A stretch of DNA of 64,000 nucleotides from Squalus acanthias (taxonomy: Eukaryota). Positions 57,715 through 64,000 of this stretch are shown here, piece by piece. Made by a program: the position numbers and the translations under genes. Every line of letters begins with the position of its first letter. Within the stretch, counting starts at the first letter, position 1. Below the pieces are notes generated by a model. It was not told where the DNA came from. It did not search any database and saw nothing but the letters and a program-made list of their open reading frames with translations. Location of the stretch: NCBI GenBank assembly GCA_030390025.1, contig CM059432.1:110610001-110674000 (forward strand), given 5' to 3'.

Positions 57715-60677
57715 TTGTAACAAACCGCTACGAAACACAATAATATGAATGAAACCAGACGGAATACCTGGTATCGACCTCGGCACCAGCTATGGACATG
57801 GCGACGGCACACGCAGCCTGGTTGACCCTGCAAAGTCCTCCTCACCAACATCTGGGGACTTGTGCCAAAATTGGGAGAGCTGTCCCACAGACTAGTCAAG
57901 CAACAGCCTGACATAGTCATACTCACAGAATCATATCTTTCAGCCAATGTCCCAAACTCCTCCATCACCATCCCTGGGTATGTCCTGTCCCACCGGCAGG
58001 ATAGACCCACCAGGGGTGGTAGCACAGTTGGGAAGGAGTGTCTCTGGGAGTCCTCAACATTGACTCCGGACCCCATGAAGTCTCATGGCTTCAGGTCAAG
58101 CATGGGCAAGGAAACCTCCTGCTGATTACCACCTACCGCCCTCCCTCAGCTGATGAATCAGTACTCCTCCATGTTGAACACCACTTGGAAGAAGCACTGA
58201 GAATAGCAAGGGCACAGAATGCACTCTGGGTGGGGGACTTCAATGTCCATCATCAAGAGTGGCTCGGTAGCACCACTACTGACCGAGCTGGCCGAGTCCT
58301 GAAGGACATAGCTGCCAGTCTGGGCCTGCGACAGTAAGAGAACCAACATGAGGGAAAAATCTACTTGACCTCGTCTTCACCAATCTACCTGTCGCAGATG
58401 CATCTGTCCATGACAGCATTGGTAGCAGTGACCATTGCAGTCATTGTGGAGACGAAGTCCCGTCTTCACTGAGGACACCCTCCATAATGTTATGTAGCAC
58501 TACCACCGTGCTAAATGGGATAGATTCAGAACAGATCTAGTCGCTCAAAACTGGGCATCCATGAGGCGCTGTGGGCCATCAGCAGCAGCAGAATTGTATT
58601 CCACCACAATCTGTAATCTTATGGCCCGGCATATCCCTCACTCTACCATTACCATCAAGCTAAGGGACCAACCCTGGTTCAATATGGAGTGTAGAAGAGC
58701 ATGCCAGGAGCAGCACCATGCATACCTACAAATGAGGTGCCAACCTGGGGAAGCTGCAACACAGGACTACATGCTTCCTAAAAAGTGGAAGCAGCATGCT
58801 ATAGACAGGGCTAAGCGATCCCACAATCCACGGATCAGATCAAAGCTCTGCAGCCCTGCCACATCCAGTCGGGAATGGTGGTGGACCATTAAACAACTAA
58901 CTGGAGGAGGAGGCTCCAAGAATATCCCCATCCTCAATGATGGTGGAGCCCAGCACGTGAGTGCAAAAGACAAGGCTGAAGCGTTTGCAACCATCTTCAG
59001 CCAGAAGTGCCGAGTGGATGATCCATATCGGACCTACTCCCGAGGTCCCCACCATCACAGAAGCCAGTCTTTAGCCAATTCGATTCACTCCACATGATAT
59101 CAAGAAACGGCTGAGCGCACTGGATACAGCAAAGGCTATGGGCCCCGACAACATCCCAGCTATCGTGCTGAAGACTTGTGCTCCAGAACTAGCTGCGCCT
59201 CTAGCCAAGCTGTTTCAGTACAGCTAGAACACTGGCATCTATCCGACAATGTGACAAACTGCCCAGGTATGTCCTGTCCACAAAAAGCAGGACAAATCCA
59301 ACCCGGCCAATTACCGCCCCATCAGTCTACTCTCAAGCATCAGCAAAGTGATGGAAGGTGTCATCGACAGTGCTATCAAGCAGCACTTACTGACCAATAA
59401 CCTGCTCACGGATGCCCAGTTTGGGTTCCGCCAAGACCACTTGGCTCCCGACCTCATTACAGCCTTGGTCCAAACATGGACAAAGGAGCTGAATTCCAGA
59501 GGTGAGGTGAGAGTGACTGCCCTCGACATCAAGGCAGCATTTGACCGAGTCTGGCATCAAGAAGCCCGAATAAAACTGAAATCAATGGGAATCAGGGGGA
59601 AAACTCTCCACTGGCTGGAGTCATACCTAGCACAAAGGAAGATGGTTGAAGGTCAATCATCACAGCCCCAGGACATCACTGCAGGAGTTCCTCAGGGCAG
59701 TGTCCTCAGCCCAACCATCTTCAGCTGCTTCATCAATGACCTTCCCTCCAACATAAGGTCAGAAATGGGGATGTTCGCTGATGACTGCACAATGTTCAGT
59801 GCCTTTCACAACTGCTCAGATAAGGAAGCAGTCCATGCCCGCATGCAACAAGACCTGGACGATGTTCAGGCTTGGGCTGATAAGTGGCAAGAAACATTCG
59901 CGCCACAGAAGTGCCAGGCAATGACTATCTCCAACAAGCGAGAGTCTAACCACCGCCCCTTGACATTCAATGGCATTACCATCACCGAATCCCCAACCAT
60001 CAACATCCTGGGGGTCACCATTGACCAGAAACTTAGCTGGACCAGCCACATAAATACTGTGGCAACAAGAGCAGGTCAGAGGCTAGGTATTCTGCGGCGA
60101 GTGTCTCACCTCCTGACTCCCCCAAAGCCTTTTCACCATCTACAGGGCACAAGTAAGGAGTGTGATGGAATACTCTCCACTTGCCTGGATGAGTGCAGCT
60201 CCAACTCAAGAAGCTTGACACCATCCATGATCAAGCAGCCCGCTTGATTGGCACCCCATCCACAACCTTAAACATTCACTCCCTCCACCACCGGCATACC
60301 GTGTCTGCAGTGTGTACCATCTACAAGATGCACTGCAGCAACTCGCCAAGGCTTCTTCGGCAGCACCTCCCAAACCTGCGACCTCTTCTATCTAGAAGGA
60401 CAAGGGCAGCAGGCGCATAGGAACACTACCACCTCCAAGTTCCCCTCCAAGTCACACACCATCCTGACTTAGAAATATATCGCCGTTCCTTCATCGTCGC
60501 TGTGTCAAAATCCTGGAACTCCCTCCCCATCAGCACTGTGGGAGTACCTTCACCACACAGATTGCAGCGGTTCAAGAAGGCAGCTCACCACCACCTTCTC
60601 TCAAGGGCAATTAGGGATGGGCAATAAATGCTGGCCTTGCCAGCGATGCCCACATCCCATAAACGAATAAAAAAAAG
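57715..60677 (+). mobile_element. Near full-length ORF2 of a second LINE family (CR1/L2 group), with stops and frameshifts
   Basis: APE motifs DIVILTES, TTYRPP and WVGDFN. RT motifs [26 protein letters not shown] and MFADD. 3' stem-loop and poly(A). Confidence 0.92.
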
Positions 60678-61304
60678 TTCTATCTTTCTTTTGTTCAAAT
60701 GGCTGATCTGAGCACTCAGTGAGTGAGGTTCACTAACCCTCGGCACTTTCACCTCATTGATTTATCGGAATCATGTAAGCCCCCAGCAGCCACTGAGAAT
60801 CTATGCGTTTTTAAACATTTTTGTTCTGGTATTCCTGGGATGAATTGTTGTAGGGCACAATTCATGGAGCACAAAATTTGAATGGAAATTTATTGAGTCG
60901 CCCACTAAAATCGTAAAAGTTGTCAAACAGGGTTCCAACATGCAATTGTTGGTGTCGCTGTCTGGCGGAGAGTGAATTATATGTCACTGCAGTTCCTTTC
61001 TAGGCAGCACACTTCATCAAATATTCATCAACAGTGTAACGAAATATCTGGAGGAATATTACATTAAAGCTTCCTCTTGTTGGAGTTTGAATGAAAAAAG
61101 ATAGGAACAAAAGCACTGCTGGACTGGAACTAAACAGATCATGTACTGTGTACTGTGATTTATTACATTGCATCATCTTCAGACAAATGAAATGGGCATT
61201 TTTATTTTCCAATAAAAGCCCTCCAAAGTACCTGAATATAACAGAGTAACAGCAGTTTCTTGCTGTTTTCCAGATGCCGGCTTTCCTACATTTTTCTCCC
61301 CTGG

Positions 61305-62068
61305 ATTCACAAGGCAAGGGAATACACATTAAGTGGTCGGACACTGAGAAGTGCAGAGGATCAGAGGGACCTTGGAGTGCATGTCCACAGATCCCTGAAG
61401 GTAGCAGGCCAGGTAGATAAGGTGGTTAAGAAGGCATACAGGATACTTGCCTATATTAGCCGAGGCATAGAATAGAAGAGCAGGAAGGTTATGCTTGAAC
61501 TGTATAAAACACTAGTTAGGCCACAGCTAGAGTGCTGCGTACAGTTCTGGTCACCACATTACAGGAAGGATGTGATTGCACTAGAGAGGGTACAGAGGAG
61601 ATTTACGAGGATGTTGGAGAATTTAATCTATGAGGAAAGATTGGATAGGCTGGGGTTGTTTTCTTTGGAACAGAGGAGGCTGAGGGAAGATTTAATTGAG
61701 GTGTATAAAGTTATGAGGGGCCTAGATAGAGTGGATAGGAAGGACCTATTTCCCCTAGCAGAAGGGTCAATAACCGGCGGCATAGATTTAAAGTAATTGG
61801 TAGAAGGATTAGAGGGGAGATGAGGAGGAATTTTTTCACCCAGAGGGTGGTGGGGGTCTGGAACTCGCTGCCTGAAAGGGTGGTAGAGACAGAAACATTC
61901 ATCACATTTAAAAAGTACTTGGATATGCACTTGAAGTGCCGTAACCTGCAGGGCTGCGGACCAAGAATTGGAAAGTGGGATTAGGGTGGATAGCTCTTTT
62001 TCGGCTGTCACAGACATGATGGGCCGAATGGCCTCCTTCTGTGCCGTAAATTTCTATGATTCTATGAT
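61305..62068 (+). mobile_element. CR1 3' fragment
   Basis: QRDLGVHVH...LVRPQLECCVQFWSP. Tail TTCTATGATTCTATGA. Confidence 0.92.
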
Positions 62069-62224
62069 ATACTCCCTTGTATTAAATGCTTGGGATCTCT
62101 ATGTTCACAATTCAGGTATTTGAGTCACTGAAACATATATTTTAACATGTTATTTAAAATAAAAAATTCCCCCTTCTAAACATGCCTCTTTCACCACCAC
62201 CAAATAAAGGGTTTAACATATTCA

Positions 62225-62375
62225 TTCGTTATTTGTGGGGCCTTGTTCGTAAATTGCCTGCTGTATTTATCCGGAGAACAGGTACTACATTAATAAAGTA
62301 ATTTGTGTGTTATGAAGCACTTTGAGACATCAAAGGATGTTATAAGGCGCTATTTAATACAAGTTCTTCTTTTCT
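62225..62375 (+). mobile_element. Old SINE/L2-type 3' tail fragment
   Basis: GAAGCACTTTGAGACATC...AAGGCGCTATTTAATACAAGTTCTTC, the counterpart of 20920-21060. Confidence 0.5.
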
Positions 62376-62439
62376 TCTGAAGGTAATTCAGATCCTATCT
62401 GCACCCGAGGCACACGCAAACATTCGAGGCACATGGAAG

Positions 62440-63160
62440 TATTAAGGGGTTTAGTATCTTTGAAAGTGAATAAATCCCCAGGCCCGGATGAAATGTATCC
62501 CAGACTTTAAGAGAAGTAAGAGAGGAAATAGCACAGGCTCTGACCATCATTTTCCAATCCTCTCTGGCTACAGATGTGGTGTCGTTGGACTGGAGGCCTG
62601 CTAATGTGGTACCGTTGTTTAAAAAGGGAGAAAGGGATAGACCGAGTAATTACAGGCCAGTCAGCCTAACCTTGGTGGTGGGAAAATTATTGGAAAAAAT
62701 TCTGAGGGACGGGATAAATCTTCATTTAGAAAGACAAGGATTAATCAGGGACAGTCAGCATGGATTTGTTAAGGGAAGGTCGTGTCTGACTAACTTGATT
62801 GAATTTTTTGAGGAGGTAACAAGGAGGGTTGATGAGGGTAGTGCATTTGATGTAGTCTATATGGATTTTAGCAAGGCTTTTGATAAGGTCCCGCATGGCA
62901 GACTGGTCATGAAAGTAAAAGCCCACGGGATCCAAGGCAAAGTGGCAAGTAGGATCCAAAATTGGCTCAGAGGCAGGAAACAAAGGATGGTCGAAGGGTG
63001 TTTTTGTGACTGGAAGGCTGTTTCCAGTGGGGTTCCACAGGGCTCAGGTCATTTGCTTTTTGTGGTATATATCAATAATTTGGACTTGAATGTAGGAAGT
63101 ATGATTAAGAAGTTTGCAGGTGATACAAAAATTGGCCGTTGGTTGATACTGAAGAAGAAA
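62440..63160 (+). mobile_element. CR1 internal RT fragment
   Basis: [36 protein letters not shown] and FAGD. Confidence 0.9.
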
Positions 63161-63164
63161 GCTG

Positions 63165-64000
63165 AAGGTGCAGATCTGGAGGGAGCACAGCGAGTGCGAA
63201 GCAGTTAAAAGGAGCATTCCCGAGCAGCAGGAGCCTGAGACCGGAAGGAGCGGACCTGGAGGGAGCACAGCGAGAGCGGAGCAGTTAAAAGGAGTGGCAG
63301 CAACTCAGCAGAGGCAGTTTTTGAAAAAGTGACGTCAGAGTAAAAAAAAGTGACGTCGGCACAAGGGAAGGAGCTGATTGGTGAGTAGCTGGGGAGTGTT
63401 TTTTGTTAAATTTTAAGTTTATTTCTGCTGGGTTAGTTCTTAGTCTATTAAATAGAGGCATGGCAGGGCACTCAGTCCTATGGAATGCACATCCTGTGCC
63501 ATGTGGGAAGTCCTGGTCACTTCGTGTAGCCTGGATGACCACATGTGCAGGAAGTGTCACCAGCTACAGCAACTCGAGCTCCGTGGATAGCACGTTTCTA
63601 GAAGTGGTCACCCCACAGCTTAAGAGTATGCAGGCAGAGAGGGAATGGGTGACCGCCAGACAGAAGAGGAGGACCAGGCAGGTAGTGCAGGAGTCCCCGG
63701 AGTGCAGCACCCTCTCCAACCAGTATTCTGTTGAGTACTGGTGAGGGCGATGGTTCCTCTGGGGAGTGCAGCCAGAGTCAAATCCACGGCACCACAGGTG
63801 GCTCAGCTGCACGTGGCGGGGGGAGGAAAAAGAGTGGAAGAGCAATAGTGGTAGGGGATTCGATAGTTAGGGGAGCAGACAGGCGTTTCTCCGGCCGCAG
63901 ACGTGACTCCAGGATGGTATGTTGCCTCCCTGGTGCCAGGGACAAGAATGTCACTGAGCGGCTGCAGAACAGACTGAGGGGGGAGGGTGAACAGCCAGAG
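63165..64000 (+). mobile_element. 5' end of a CR1 LINE: 5' UTR plus frameshifted ORF1 (Cys-rich N-terminus, GDS esterase), running off the window
   Basis: ATG at 63460. CTSCAMWE...HMCRKCHQLQQLE and RAIVVGDSIVRGADRRF...VCCLPGAR...EGEQPE. Confidence 0.88.

Overview
This is repeat-saturated eukaryotic DNA, most likely from a cartilaginous fish (HE1-type V-SINE, CR1 LINEs with an esterase ORF1, Penelope and PIF/Harbinger elements). I found no recognisable host gene, rRNA, true tRNA or CRISPR array. Bases 1-13 kb are a 24-bp pyrimidine/purine-skewed satellite with readable higher-order structure (A-B-C-D blocks and a 1.82-kb internal duplication). The rest is nested CR1 and CR1/L2-group LINEs, Harbinger transposons and MITEs, hAT MITEs, SINEs, Penelope fragments (one with a minimal hammerhead ribozyme motif), minisatellites and unannotatable unique DNA. 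Nearly all long ORFs are repeat artefacts or decayed TE genes. Best observations: (1) Harbinger insertions share a palindromic target GANWC-WWW-GWNTC, which the CR1 tail repeat matches, and two different MITEs hit the same nucleotide in two CR1 copies; (2) a templated insertion preserves the empty site of a later Penelope insertion; (3) a duplicated CR1 tail shows a strong A>G bias; (4) two CR1 copies share the same inactivating deletion. I do not see a demonstrably new biological system. All alignments were done by eye and family names come from recognition, not database searches.
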